A stretch of DNA of 64,000 nucleotides. Origin: an uncultured Mycoplasmatota bacterium. GTDB taxonomy: Bacteria > Bacillota_I > Bacilli_A > RF39 > UBA660. How positions within the stretch are numbered: position 1 is the stretch's first letter; every line of letters starts with the position of its first letter. Positions 1-9,649 of the stretch are shown one piece after another. Both the position numbers and the translations under genes were made by a program. The stretch covers positions 35 through 64,034 of the forward strand of contig UQOS01000004.1 of assembly GCA_900542735.1 (NCBI GenBank), given 5' to 3'. A model generated the notes under the pieces. The model saw only the letters and a list, made by a program, of their open reading frames with translations, was not told the DNA's origin and did no database searches.

Positions 1-97
1 CATAATTAAAAAATGCATAAGTTACTCCTACTGTTATTAATATCAAACTAATAATAGCTATTAATGTAATAATTATTTGTTTCTTCTTACTTTTCAT
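1..97 (-). CDS. Partial (N-terminus only) secreted/membrane-anchored protein. Begins MKSKKKQIIITLIAIISLILITVGVTYAFFNY. Shares the post-hydrophobic motif T/S-Y-A/S-F/I-F/Y-N-Y with the two paralogs at 4746-6026.
   Basis: Reverse-complement start codon at 95-97, preceded by an AGGAG ribosome-binding site. The N-terminus is Lys-rich, followed by a hydrophobic helix. The motif resembles a SipW-cognate signal peptide. The gene runs off the window. Confidence 0.4.
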   Translation of the reverse strand, partial: MKSKKKQIIITLIAIISLILITVGVTYAFFNY

Positions 98-406
98 TTT
101 TTACAACTCCTATTCTTAGTTTCTAAGTATATTACTTAAAAAACATAGAAATAGGAGTTTTAACTAGTAAAATAAAGGCTTTCTACAAATTAAATAAAAG
201 ATATTTTTATACTTTTTTGAAATACAAAATATTAAAAACAACCATATAATAAAAGGACAACAAGCTAAAACTCATTGTCCTTAATTAATATACTTAGTAA
301 CCTATTTTTTATTACATTTCAATTATATAATAATTACCATTTGTAAACAAGTAGTAATTTAAAAAAAAGAACTACCGTTACTGGTAATTCTATTACTACT
401 TTACTA

Positions 407-685
407 TTATTCTTCTGTGCTAGCTGGTTCTTCAGCTTCTTCATAAGCTTTAAGAATAGCTTCTTCAAACATAGAACGAACTTCTGGATTAATTGGGTGA
501 GCAATATCTCTATAATCACCAGTAGGAGTCTTCTTACTAGGCATAGCTATAAATAATCCCTTTTCTCCTTCAATGATTCTAATATCATGAACTGCAAAAC
601 TATCATCTAATAATACAGATGCAATTCCTTTCATTCTAGAACCTTCTTTTTCAATCTTACGTACATTTACAGATGTAATTTTCAT
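407..685 (-). CDS. spoVG: Septation protein SpoVG
   Basis: The 92-aa protein closely matches B. subtilis SpoVG ([11 protein letters not shown]...[20 protein letters not shown]). Confidence 0.85.
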   Translation of the reverse strand: MKITSVNVRKIEKEGSRMKGIASVLLDDSFAVHDIRIIEGEKGLFIAMPSKKTPTGDYRDIAHPINPEVRSMFEEAILKAYEEAEEPASTEE

Positions 686-768
686 GTGTATCCTCCTTCT
701 AAAGTAATTTACTTTACAAATCTATAATATAATATTTTATTTGAAAAAGCAACGATTTTTAATAAAGT

Positions 769-990
769 TTACACTGGTTGTGTTAATACCAATTTTTTAA
801 TTAAAACATCACTATAACTAAATGATTTAATTTGCATAGTATTTTCTAAACGAACAACAAAAATAGAGGGATAAGTATCAACAATAGTAGCTGAAAATTC
901 TTCTATCTGATTTCTGCTACCATTAAAACGAAATTGCATTGTCTGTCCTTTATAAGAACGAATCTTACTCTTTACCTTTTCTATATTCAT
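769..990 (-). CDS. veg: Veg protein (DUF1021). The likely start is the internal Met (MNIEKVK...).
   Basis: Small protein with a Veg-like sequence (TYPSIFVVRL...SYSDVL). It lies in the conserved veg position between yabG and spoVG. Confidence 0.65.
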   Translation of the reverse strand: MNIEKVKSKIRSYKGQTMQFRFNGSRNQIEEFSATIVDTYPSIFVVRLENTMQIKSFSYSDVLIKKLVLTQPV

Positions 991-1769
991 CTTGGATACC
1001 CCACAAACATACAACCCTTTGTAACAACGCCACCCATTCCCTCAGAACCAGACTTAGTTTTTCCAAGTAAATCAATTAAATCTACTGTTTTATTTCTATC
1101 ATATAAAGCTAAATAAGAAGCTATAATAGCTGGATCTAATGCATGAATATTAATTCTTTTAGGACTAGAAGCAAAAGTAGAACCTGCTTTTATTAATTCT
1201 TCATAATTACTTTGACAAGCACCAGCTATAATAATTAATTTATCTTGATTCTTTTCATAATTTCTTGCTACCTTTACAGCATCAATAAAATTAGAAGTAT
1301 TCTTATAATTCATGACATTATCAGTAGAACCTTTTCTCTTATAATAAGCATCATGTCCTGTAATCACCACAATATCAGGACTTAACTTTTCTAAATAAGA
1401 CTTAATTTCTGTCTTAATATCTACTTCTTTTAAGCATAAACCATAAGCCATAATATTTAACTTTTTATAAAAACTCATGCATCTCTTTAAATAATCTTCA
1501 TCACCATCTATATGTAATACTTTACCAGGCAAATAAAAAAACTCACTACGATCTAAATTTAAATCATTCGTAATAGAAGTAGTAATTCTTTCATCATCTA
1601 CTACATCAGTATTATCAACCTTTACTAAATCATTAACATCACTATCTGCATATAATCTTAAGTTAATTCCCTTTAAATAAGCAATATTACCAGTAATCTC
1701 CATAATCACAAAATAAGTATCATTATGATATGAATTTCTAGTAACAATATCACCAACTTGAAAAAGCAT
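987..1769 (-). CDS. yabG: Sporulation-specific protease YabG (peptidase U57)
   Basis: The 260-aa protein sits between ksgA and veg, as in Bacillus. Overall similarity to YabG is recalled from memory. Confidence 0.7.
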   Translation of the reverse strand: MLFQVGDIVTRNSYHNDTYFVIMEITGNIAYLKGINLRLYADSDVNDLVKVDNTDVVDDERITTSITNDLNLDRSEFFYLPGKVLHIDGDEDYLKRCMSFYKKLNIMAYGLCLKEVDIKTEIKSYLEKLSPDIVVITGHDAYYKRKGSTDNVMNYKNTSNFIDAVKVARNYEKNQDKLIIIAGACQSNYEELIKAGSTFASSPKRINIHALDPAIIASYLALYDRNKTVDLIDLLGKTKSGSEGMGGVVTKGCMFVGYPR

Positions 1770-1800
1770 ATTTTCACCCCTATCAATGAAATATATGCTT

Positions 1801-2601
1801 TTATTTAACTAAATTATTACTAATATCTACAAAAACCTCTAGAGGTAGCTCTTCTGCTCTTACACTTAAATCAAAATGATAATTCTTTAAAGTCTGTTCT
1901 ATTTCCTTTAAATCATAACCTTTTAAATTATTTCGTAAAGTCTTACGCTTAAAACGAAAACTATCTCTAATTAAATTAAAAAATAAAGTAGAATCTTTTA
2001 AAGGTAGCAATTTCTTTTTACGAGTAAGAGAAATAATCATACTATCAACATTAGGTTTTGGTACAAAACAATTCTTACTTACCAAAAACTCTTTCTTTAA
2101 ATCAAAATAATAATTTAAAAACACCGTAATAGAACCATATTCTCTACTAGCAGGTTTTGCACAAAAACGATCTGCTACTTCTTTTTGAACCATAACTACG
2201 ATTTTTTCTATTTCTAAATTACTAGTAACTAACTGCGTAATAATAGGTGTCGTAACATAATAAGGTAAATTAGCTATTACATATAAATGTTCATAGTCAT
2301 AATTATTTAAATCTTCTAATACATTACGTTTTAAAAAATCATCATAAATAACAGACACATTCGTATATTCCAATAATGCTTGGTCTAATATATCTTCTAA
2401 AGATTCATCAATTTCATAACATAATACTTGTTTTGCTACTTTAGCTAACTCTTTAGTTAAAGCACCAGCTCCAGGACCTATCTCTATTACTAAAGTATTA
2501 TCTGGTATCTTAGAAACATCAACTATCTTTCTAGGAATAGAGTTATCTCTTAAAAAGTTTTGACCATACTTCTTCTTAAAATTAAAATTTTTTGTATTCA
2601 T
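1801..2601 (-). CDS. rsmA: 16S rRNA (adenine1518/1519-N6)-dimethyltransferase RsmA/KsgA
   Basis: KYGQNFL and IEIGPGAGALT SAM-binding motifs. 266 aa. Confidence 0.85.
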   Translation of the reverse strand: MNTKNFNFKKKYGQNFLRDNSIPRKIVDVSKIPDNTLVIEIGPGAGALTKELAKVAKQVLCYEIDESLEDILDQALLEYTNVSVIYDDFLKRNVLEDLNNYDYEHLYVIANLPYYVTTPIITQLVTSNLEIEKIVVMVQKEVADRFCAKPASREYGSITVFLNYYFDLKKEFLVSKNCFVPKPNVDSMIISLTRKKKLLPLKDSTLFFNLIRDSFRFKRKTLRNNLKGYDLKEIEQTLKNYHFDLSVRAEELPLEVFVDISNNLVK

Positions 2602-2694
2602 AAAGCCTCCACTACTAATAATATAACATAATTATGAATAGAAAAAAATAAATTTTTAGAATCAAGAAAAAAAGAAGCTATAATATAATAGCCT

Positions 2695-3273
2695 CTATTT
2701 GGATTTCTTCTTATCTGGGTCAGAAAATTCTACTACATTGACACCATTATTTTTTCCTTTAATAACTTTCTTTTTCGTATCCGTTTTTGTAACAACCTCC
2801 ACCTTTTTTGGTACAAAGTGGAAATCCTCTAACATTAATAATACATTAGAAACAGATAAAATATATAACATAGCTTTCATAGGTGCGATAACATCAGCAA
2901 AATAATTGAAATTAATATTATAACCTAAACGAATAATAGCTATCATATTTTTATCACAGAAAGTACGATAAACACTGAATAATAACATTAAAAATACCAA
3001 GCAACAAGTAACATTATAAAATAAACAATTATTTACACTCTTTTGTTTAAAAATAATATTAATAGCAAATAGTATAAACAATAAAATAAATGGAATAAAG
3101 TTAAATATTGCATTGATCATATTCTTTTCAAGTCTTTGATACATATTGATAATGATAAAAAAGCTAAATACAAAAGTTACTAATAAAAGTAAAACTTTTA
3201 AATAAGAAAGAATAGTATTTAAAATCTTAATCATGATTACCCTCCACTTCATCTTTATACCAATTAGAAACAT
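2695..3273 (-). CDS. Polytopic membrane protein of unknown function. It is the last gene of the SipW-associated operon. The true start is probably an internal Met.
   Basis: Several long hydrophobic segments. It overlaps the upstream gene by about 45 nt. No family was recognised. Confidence 0.4.
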   Translation of the reverse strand: MFLIGIKMKWRVIMIKILNTILSYLKVLLLLVTFVFSFFIIINMYQRLEKNMINAIFNFIPFILLFILFAINIIFKQKSVNNCLFYNVTCCLVFLMLLFSVYRTFCDKNMIAIIRLGYNINFNYFADVIAPMKAMLYILSVSNVLLMLEDFHFVPKKVEVVTKTDTKKKVIKGKNNGVNVVEFSDPDKKKSK

Positions 3274-3922
3274 ATTCTACAAAGCTAGCAGCTTTATTAT
3301 AAGCACCCATTACTTCATAAAAACCATCTCTAGTATTATCTTTAATAGAACTAGAAGCAATTGAAGTATTAAAGAAATAACTACTATTATTAATTAAATC
3401 TTTTTTAAGATAAGAAGTTTCATCTAATAAAGAGTTAATATAAAGTTGAATCATATCTTTATTATCTAATAAATATCTACTATTAAAAGTATCAGAATTG
3501 ATAGTAGTTAACCAGTATAAGTTATTAACGATACAACCATTTAAAATATCATTTTCATAAGATTCTCTAAGTTTATATACATCAATAATAGTAATTTTAT
3601 CTTTATCTTTCATATTTTGAATCGTTTCATTAGAAAACTTATCACTACAAGTCTTTAAATTATGATAAAAAACTTGCATTTTATTAACTGGAATACTACC
3701 TTGATAAGTATTGGCATTAAATTTAGAAATGTTATCATTTACAGTTTTAATCTTATTTTCAAAACTAGTAACTAATGGTTGAGAATTAAATTCAACATGA
3801 TAATCTTTTCTAAGTTCTAAATAATGATATCCATTAGCAAGTAAATAAAAACTAGTAAAAGCAAAAACTAATCCAATTAAAGTATAATTAATAATCTTTA
3901 AATATTGTTTAAAAAATTCCAT
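3227..3922 (-). CDS. N-terminally membrane-anchored extracellular protein of unknown function. It lies immediately downstream of sipW.
   Basis: 231 aa with a single N-terminal transmembrane helix (YTLIGLVFAFTSFYLLA) and an Asn/Ser-rich ectodomain. There is an 11-bp gap from sipW. Confidence 0.4.
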   Translation of the reverse strand: MEFFKQYLKIINYTLIGLVFAFTSFYLLANGYHYLELRKDYHVEFNSQPLVTSFENKIKTVNDNISKFNANTYQGSIPVNKMQVFYHNLKTCSDKFSNETIQNMKDKDKITIIDVYKLRESYENDILNGCIVNNLYWLTTINSDTFNSRYLLDNKDMIQLYINSLLDETSYLKKDLINNSSYFFNTSIASSSIKDNTRDGFYEVMGAYNKAASFVEYVSNWYKDEVEGNHD

Positions 3923-3933
3923 ACAAAATCCTC

Positions 3934-4641
3934 CTATTTATTCTTTTTATTGTCTTTATTGTTTTCATCAGGTAATTCTTCTTTATCAGATCTAATTACA
4001 GTAACACTATCTGATGATATATCTTTTAATGATGATAGCTTACTATTATTATCTTCCTCATCTTCATCTTTCATTCTAGATGTTTTAATTAATTTTAAAA
4101 TATCACTTCCTATAATAAGTAAACAAGGAATCACAACGATCATTAACCAACCAATTGGTTTCGTCATAATAGTTTGTAAGTACCCAATCATAGGAATTCT
4201 TAAAAAGACTTTACCTATTACTTCATCTGGTGCGATTAAAGCAAAATCAGCTGTATTATTATGGTCCCCCTTCGTTCTATAACCAATAATCTTAGAATTA
4301 TCATTTTGATCATGAACAATATCAACAACACGGTGCGTAATTGGGGTACCAGCTGTTTCTATATCTTTTGATAAGAAAGTAATAATATCATAAGTTTTAA
4401 TATCATCTTCTGTAGCTCTAATAGTTAAAACAGCATCATAAACATTAATACTTGGTATCATACTTTCACTAATAATTACATAAGCCCCAAATAAAGGAGA
4501 ACGATTAATTCCTTTACTAGCAGATAGTTTTTTATCAACAAAAGTAGCTCCAAACATTAAAAACGCTATACCTAAAACTAAAGCAACAGAATAGAATAAT
4601 ACCGAAGACAGAAAATGTAATATTTTTTTTAAAAAATCCAC
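3934..4641 (-). CDS. sipW: Signal peptidase I, SipW type (archaeal/ER-like S26B)
   Basis: N-terminal transmembrane helix. SESMxP catalytic Ser motif (IISESMIPSIN). A second C-terminal transmembrane helix. Size 235 aa. Confidence 0.7.
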   Translation of the reverse strand: MDFLKKILHFLSSVLFYSVALVLGIAFLMFGATFVDKKLSASKGINRSPLFGAYVIISESMIPSINVYDAVLTIRATEDDIKTYDIITFLSKDIETAGTPITHRVVDIVHDQNDNSKIIGYRTKGDHNNTADFALIAPDEVIGKVFLRIPMIGYLQTIMTKPIGWLMIVVIPCLLIIGSDILKLIKTSRMKDEDEEDNNSKLSSLKDISSDSVTVIRSDKEELPDENNKDNKKNK

Positions 4642-4745
4642 CTTATCACCCTATTTCTATTCTTACTATTATTTAAACTAATAATACCACATAAAAAAAT
4701 AGAAGTAAAATAAAAAAAGAAAAACTAAGTCTTTCTTTACAGTAA

Positions 4746-5381
4746 TTAATAAGTACCAGTAGCGGCAACATTTACTTTTAAGGAGAATTTTTTATCATTT
4801 AACACGGTATAATCAAAATTATCAGTGTTAGGATCTTTAACCCACATTCTAAGACGGAATTTTTTACTATAAGCAACTTCTCCAGCTTGTACATTTCCAT
4901 AGTAAATTGTTTTTCCAGTTAAAAGACTATTGGTAGTTGTAGCTAACTGATTATAGGTAGTAACATTACCTGAATTTGCAGTAATTGGAGTTTCTTGTTC
5001 TTGATTTCCTTCAAATGTAGTTAAATATACTTTTACCCAATCATCATCTAAAGTAGAGTTTTCATTTTTCTCAGTCACTATTTCATATGCTAAATTTGTT
5101 TTCGTAGTAGAAGCCGAAACGGTAAAATCAAAGTATTCTCTATTACCAGATAAAACTTTACCTTGACTATCACTAACAGGAATAGCATCTTCTATATAAA
5201 TACCATTACCTCCACCATTAGCATCGGAATAAGAAAAAACAATTCTACCAGTTTGAATTACATTATTCGTAATACCAGCACCAAAATAATTAAATATGGA
5301 ATAACTAATTCCAATAAATAAACAAATTAAAGATAAAAATAAAAGTAAAACTCCAACAATATTAATTTTAGAATTTTTCAT
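4746..5381 (-). CDS. Secreted protein, paralog B of a two-member family. Candidate SipW substrate (TasA/BsaA-like fibre or coat protein).
   Basis: N-terminal hydrophobic helix followed by the GISYSIFNY motif. Clear paralogy with the 5388-6026 product (TGRIVFSYSDANGGGNGIYIEDA versus TGQIVFTYSDVNPGGSGILIEDA; FRLRMWVK versus YRLRMWLK). Confidence 0.5.
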   Translation of the reverse strand: MKNSKINIVGVLLLFLSLICLFIGISYSIFNYFGAGITNNVIQTGRIVFSYSDANGGGNGIYIEDAIPVSDSQGKVLSGNREYFDFTVSASTTKTNLAYEIVTEKNENSTLDDDWVKVYLTTFEGNQEQETPITANSGNVTTYNQLATTTNSLLTGKTIYYGNVQAGEVAYSKKFRLRMWVKDPNTDNFDYTVLNDKKFSLKVNVAATGTY

Positions 5382-5387
5382 AACACA

Positions 5388-6026
5388 CTACCCTTCTACT
5401 TGATAAGCATATACATCTACTTTAATAGAAAACATCTTATCTTCATAATCTTTACTATCTTCTTTTAACCACATTCTTAAACGGTAAGATTCGTTATAGT
5501 TTTTTAACCCCTCATCTAAAGTCTTTTCATATAAAACATAATAATCTTTATTGTTGATAACTTCTTTTTTTAAACTTGAGAAATTAGTAAAAACTTTTTC
5601 TTCTTCATAACTACCCATCATCTGTGTTAGATAAATTTGAATATTTTTATCACTTAAAGTAGATTGTTCATTTTTATTAATTAATAACTTATATAATAGT
5701 TTAGCTTTTTTAGTAGTAGCCGTAATATAAAAATCAAAATACTGATTTTTTCCAACCATCTTTTTTCCTAAAGCATCACTAATTGGAGAAGCATCTTCAA
5801 TTAGAATACCACTTCCTCCAGGATTAACATCAGAATAGGTAAAAACAATTTGACCAGTATCAATTTCATGATTGGTATCATCTCCTGTATAAATGGAATA
5901 AGTAATACCAAATACACAAAAGAATAATAGAATAGCCGCTAAAAATAAGTAAGACCAATAATTCGTTTTTTTCTCTTGGTTTTCTTTTTTAGTTTGATTT
6001 TCTTGATTTTCTTCTTTCATAAACAT
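5388..6026 (-). CDS. Secreted protein, paralog A of the same family
   Basis: Asn/Glu/Lys-rich N-terminal leader, then a transmembrane/signal helix followed by GITYSIYTG. Paralogous to the 4746-5381 product. Confidence 0.5.
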   Translation of the reverse strand: MFMKEENQENQTKKENQEKKTNYWSYLFLAAILLFFCVFGITYSIYTGDDTNHEIDTGQIVFTYSDVNPGGSGILIEDASPISDALGKKMVGKNQYFDFYITATTKKAKLLYKLLINKNEQSTLSDKNIQIYLTQMMGSYEEEKVFTNFSSLKKEVINNKDYYVLYEKTLDEGLKNYNESYRLRMWLKEDSKDYEDKMFSIKVDVYAYQVEG

Positions 6027-6035
6027 TCTTCCTTT

Positions 6036-6644
6036 CTACCAACCCCAGCGTAAGGTTTCATAATGGACTTCTTTTTGTCTACCAATAACATCCATATTAT
6101 CAGTTTCTGATACCAAAAAATCCATAATATTTCCTTTAATAGCGCCACCTCTATCTAAAACAATTGCGATAATAGGTTCTGTTGAAAAGCTAACATTCGT
6201 AATTTGAACAACAGTACCACATGGAATATTACTATCAGCAGCTACAATTCTAATTTTACCGTAAGTGCTATCTTCAAAATAGATATTTCCATTACGAACA
6301 TCTTGTCTTGGTGGACAAGAAACTCTACCACTACATCCTCTACATACTGGATTATAAGCAGTCATTTGCCCCGTAAAAGAAATTGGCGTTGTTGCACCAA
6401 ATTGAGAAGCTTCTAACATATTACTAACTTCTTTTACTTTCAAAGTTTTATTTTTATTATCATATTTCGTAATAATATGAATTGCTTCAATAGACTTAAC
6501 ACCATTAATATTACGAACACTGTTTACCTTATGAGTATTATTAGAAGCAAAAAAATAGACGCATAAAAAACAAGTAATCACCAATAAAAAACGATGAAAC
6601 ATAATTTTATAAAATGGCGTAACTTTCTTTTTCAACTTTAACAC
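6036..6644 (-). CDS. 3D-domain protein (YabE/YuiC-like cell-wall-binding or lytic domain)
   Basis: N-terminal transmembrane helix. C-terminal Cys-rich 3D/DPBB-like region (YNPVCRGCSGRVSCP...IVLDRGGAI). It occupies the yabE position next to tatD. Confidence 0.5.
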   Translation of the reverse strand: MLKLKKKVTPFYKIMFHRFLLVITCFLCVYFFASNNTHKVNSVRNINGVKSIEAIHIITKYDNKNKTLKVKEVSNMLEASQFGATTPISFTGQMTAYNPVCRGCSGRVSCPPRQDVRNGNIYFEDSTYGKIRIVAADSNIPCGTVVQITNVSFSTEPIIAIVLDRGGAIKGNIMDFLVSETDNMDVIGRQKEVHYETLRWGW

Positions 6645-6684
6645 CTACTTTTGACGACTATTATATAAGCTAAATATACCACAC

Positions 6685-7443
6685 TTAAATAGGTAAGTCA
6701 AATGTCCTAATAGCATTTTCTGTCGTTATTTTGGCAACATTTTCTAAAGAAATGTTTTTTATTTCCGCTATTTTTTGAGCAATATAGAAAATATTACTAG
6801 ATTCATTAGTTTTTCCTCTATTAGGTTCAGGAGTTAAATAAGGACTATCTGTTTCTAAAACGATATTAGTAAGTTCCAATTTTTCTATGACTTCAAAAAG
6901 TTTACTGTTTTTAAAAGTTACTACTCCACCAATTCCAAGTAAAAAGCCTAAACTGATAAATTTTTTCGCCATTTCTAAACTACCACTGAAACAGTGAATC
7001 ACGCCAGATACTTTATATTTTTTTAGAATTTCATAGGTTTCATTAATAGAATCGCGACTGTGAATAACGACTGGTAATTTTAATTTTTCAGCTATCTCTA
7101 ATTGCCTACAAAATACTTCTCTTTGTTTATCTTTATTATCTTTATTCCAATAGTAATCAAGTCCAATTTCCCCAATTGCTACAATTTTAGGATTATTTTT
7201 AACCATTTCTTCTAAGATCTCGTAATCTTTTTCCACAATTTTGTTACTAACTTCAGGGTGATAACCAATGCAAGCATATAAATTTTTATATTTTTCCACA
7301 AATTTAGTGGATAACATAATATCATCTTTCTCACAAAAAGAAGCAATTAACACTTCTACTTGGGCATCACTTGCATTTTTAACATATAAATCAGGCTGTA
7401 CCCCAAAATCATCTCCAATATGCATATGTGTATCTATAAACAT
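6685..7443 (-). CDS. tatD: TatD-family DNase (YabD)
   Basis: MFIDTHMH.G motif and a TIM-barrel metal-dependent hydrolase pattern. 252 aa. Confidence 0.8.
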   Translation of the reverse strand: MFIDTHMHIGDDFGVQPDLYVKNASDAQVEVLIASFCEKDDIMLSTKFVEKYKNLYACIGYHPEVSNKIVEKDYEILEEMVKNNPKIVAIGEIGLDYYWNKDNKDKQREVFCRQLEIAEKLKLPVVIHSRDSINETYEILKKYKVSGVIHCFSGSLEMAKKFISLGFLLGIGGVVTFKNSKLFEVIEKLELTNIVLETDSPYLTPEPNRGKTNESSNIFYIAQKIAEIKNISLENVAKITTENAIRTFDLPI

Positions 7444-7461
7444 AAAATCACCTCGTAACTG

Positions 7462-7938
7462 CTAATCAATATTTAACTTGTATAATCTTTGAATTCTAGG
7501 ATATTTACTATAAGTATCAATACTATCAACAAAAACCCAACCATATTTTTCATAAAGGCCACAGTGTTTGGTAAATATATACAACTCCTTTATTCCTAAA
7601 GTCTTAGCATTATTATATACTGTTTCCATCATTAGTTTGCAAATTCCATTACCCCTAAACTTTTCATCAACATAAACATTACATACCCATGGATAAATAT
7701 CAGGTCTAATACTCAGATCATCATAAGAGATTTGATATATGCCAACAATTTTTTCTTCTTTAAACACACCAAAAGTTTGTGGCAATCTATCACTTTGAAA
7801 ACTATGAATCATGTAACATCTTACCTCATCAATAGTATAGCCTTCTTCTTTACCCCACCATTCATACATCCAACCAACAACAGTATCTAATGTTATATTA
7901 TCAACATTCAAAATTTTTCTAACTTCAAATAAATTCAT
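7462..7938 (-). CDS. GNAT-family N-acetyltransferase
   Basis: 158 aa. Acetyl-CoA-binding-like RGNGICKLMME motif. Confidence 0.5.
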   Translation of the reverse strand: MNLFEVRKILNVDNITLDTVVGWMYEWWGKEEGYTIDEVRCYMIHSFQSDRLPQTFGVFKEEKIVGIYQISYDDLSIRPDIYPWVCNVYVDEKFRGNGICKLMMETVYNNAKTLGIKELYIFTKHCGLYEKYGWVFVDSIDTYSKYPRIQRLYKLNID

Positions 7939-8097
7939 ACATTTTCCTCCATCACTATAATCATTGTATCACAAAAAAAGTAGTCATAATAACTACTTTA
8001 TAATAAAACAAAATGAATATTTAGTTTTATACTACTAACATAAATTTCAGTAATATCATAATACATTATCAGTACTATGTTATTAATATTTAAATTT

Positions 8098-9639
8098 TTA
8101 TTTTTTACCTAATTCTGCTAATTTTTTCTCTTTATCGATTCTCATAAATAAAGCTTCTGGATTACCAACTTCATAAGAATTATCACTTAAGTAAGTTAAT
8201 TCATTTCTAGAATTATTAATCTGCGTCTTTATTTTTTCACTTGTATCAGGTAAATATGGACTTAAGAAAATACCACATACACGAATAGCTTCTAATAAGT
8301 TATATAAAACTGTCTCTAATCTATCTTTTTTAATTTCATCTTTTGCTAAAACCCAAGGTTCAGCTTCGTCGATATATTTGTTGCTTCTTCTTAATACATC
8401 AAATATTTCATCAAGTGATGCACCTATTTCTAAATTGTCCATTTTCTTTTCAATTTTACTATCAAGATTTTGAATCATAGAAATTAACTCATTATCATAA
8501 GTGTCTAAAACATTTTTATTACTAACTTTTCCATCAAAATATTTATTAACCATTGAAATAGTGCGATTAACCAAATTACCTAAGACATTAGCTAGATCAC
8601 TATTAATTCTTTCAATTAATAAATCATAAGTTAAACTACCATCTTGTTGATAAGGAATTTCATGAAGTAAATAATAACGAATTGCGTCTACTCCAAACTC
8701 ATTTACTAAATCATCAGCATAAATAACGTTTCCCTTAGACTTACTCATTTTACCATCACCTACTAATAACCATGGGTGACCAAATACTTGTTTTGGAAGT
8801 GGTAAATCAAGACTCATTAAGAAACAAGGCCAATAAATAGTATGAAAACGAATAATATCTTTTCCTATTAAATGTAAGTCAGCAGGCCAATATTTACTAA
8901 ACATTTCACTACTTCCATCTGGATCATAACCAATATTAGTAATATAATTTGTTAGAGCATCAAGCCATACATAAACAACATGTTTAGGATCAAAATCAAC
9001 TGGAATTCCCCAATTAAAAGAAGTACGAGAAACACATAAATCTTGAAGACCTGGCTTGATAAAGTTATTAATCATTTCATTTTTTCTAGACTCTGGTTTA
9101 ATAAAATCAGGGTGTAATTCAATATACTCTATTAATCTATCTTGATACTTAGAAAGCCTAAAAAAGTAAGCTTCTTCACTTTTTGGTTCCACATCACGAC
9201 CACAGTCAGGACACTTTCCATCAACTAATTGACTTTCTGTAAAGAATGATTCACAAGGAGTACAATAAAGACCTTCATATTTACCTAAATAAATATCACC
9301 CTTATCATACATTTTCTTAAATATTTTCTGTACAATTTCTTCATGATGCTTATCAGTAGTTCTTACAAATTTATCATAACTTGTGTTCATAATATCCCAA
9401 ATATTTTTGATTTCAGCGGCAACACCGTCAACAAATTCTTTAGGAGTAATTCCTTTTTCTTCTGCTTTTATCTGAATTTTCTCACCATGTTCATCAGTTC
9501 CAGTTTGAAAATAAACATCAAACCCTTTTAATCTTTTATAACGCGCAATACTATCTGCTAAAACTACCTCATAAGTATTACCAATATGAGGTTTTCCTGA
9601 TGTATAAGCAATAGCTGTTGAAATATAATATTTTTCCAT
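8098..9639 (-). CDS. metG: Methionine--tRNA ligase
   Basis: HIGN (class I HIGH) and KMSKS motifs. The start is placed at MEKYYIST with an upstream AGGAGA. Confidence 0.9.
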   Translation of the reverse strand: MEKYYISTAIAYTSGKPHIGNTYEVVLADSIARYKRLKGFDVYFQTGTDEHGEKIQIKAEEKGITPKEFVDGVAAEIKNIWDIMNTSYDKFVRTTDKHHEEIVQKIFKKMYDKGDIYLGKYEGLYCTPCESFFTESQLVDGKCPDCGRDVEPKSEEAYFFRLSKYQDRLIEYIELHPDFIKPESRKNEMINNFIKPGLQDLCVSRTSFNWGIPVDFDPKHVVYVWLDALTNYITNIGYDPDGSSEMFSKYWPADLHLIGKDIIRFHTIYWPCFLMSLDLPLPKQVFGHPWLLVGDGKMSKSKGNVIYADDLVNEFGVDAIRYYLLHEIPYQQDGSLTYDLLIERINSDLANVLGNLVNRTISMVNKYFDGKVSNKNVLDTYDNELISMIQNLDSKIEKKMDNLEIGASLDEIFDVLRRSNKYIDEAEPWVLAKDEIKKDRLETVLYNLLEAIRVCGIFLSPYLPDTSEKIKTQINNSRNELTYLSDNSYEVGNPEALFMRIDKEKKLAELGKK

Positions 9640-9649
9640 AATATCTCTC

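Noticed and set aside
934-1116. Plus-strand 60-aa ORF overlapping veg/yabG, and similar small ORFs at 2699-2905, 3905-4282, 6204-6416, 7268-7465, 9343-9531, 11935-12120, 21467-21703, 21856-22080, 22890-23102 and 23716-23922
   Set aside because: They overlap better-supported genes or lie in their antisense. They have no ribosome-binding site or recognisable motifs.
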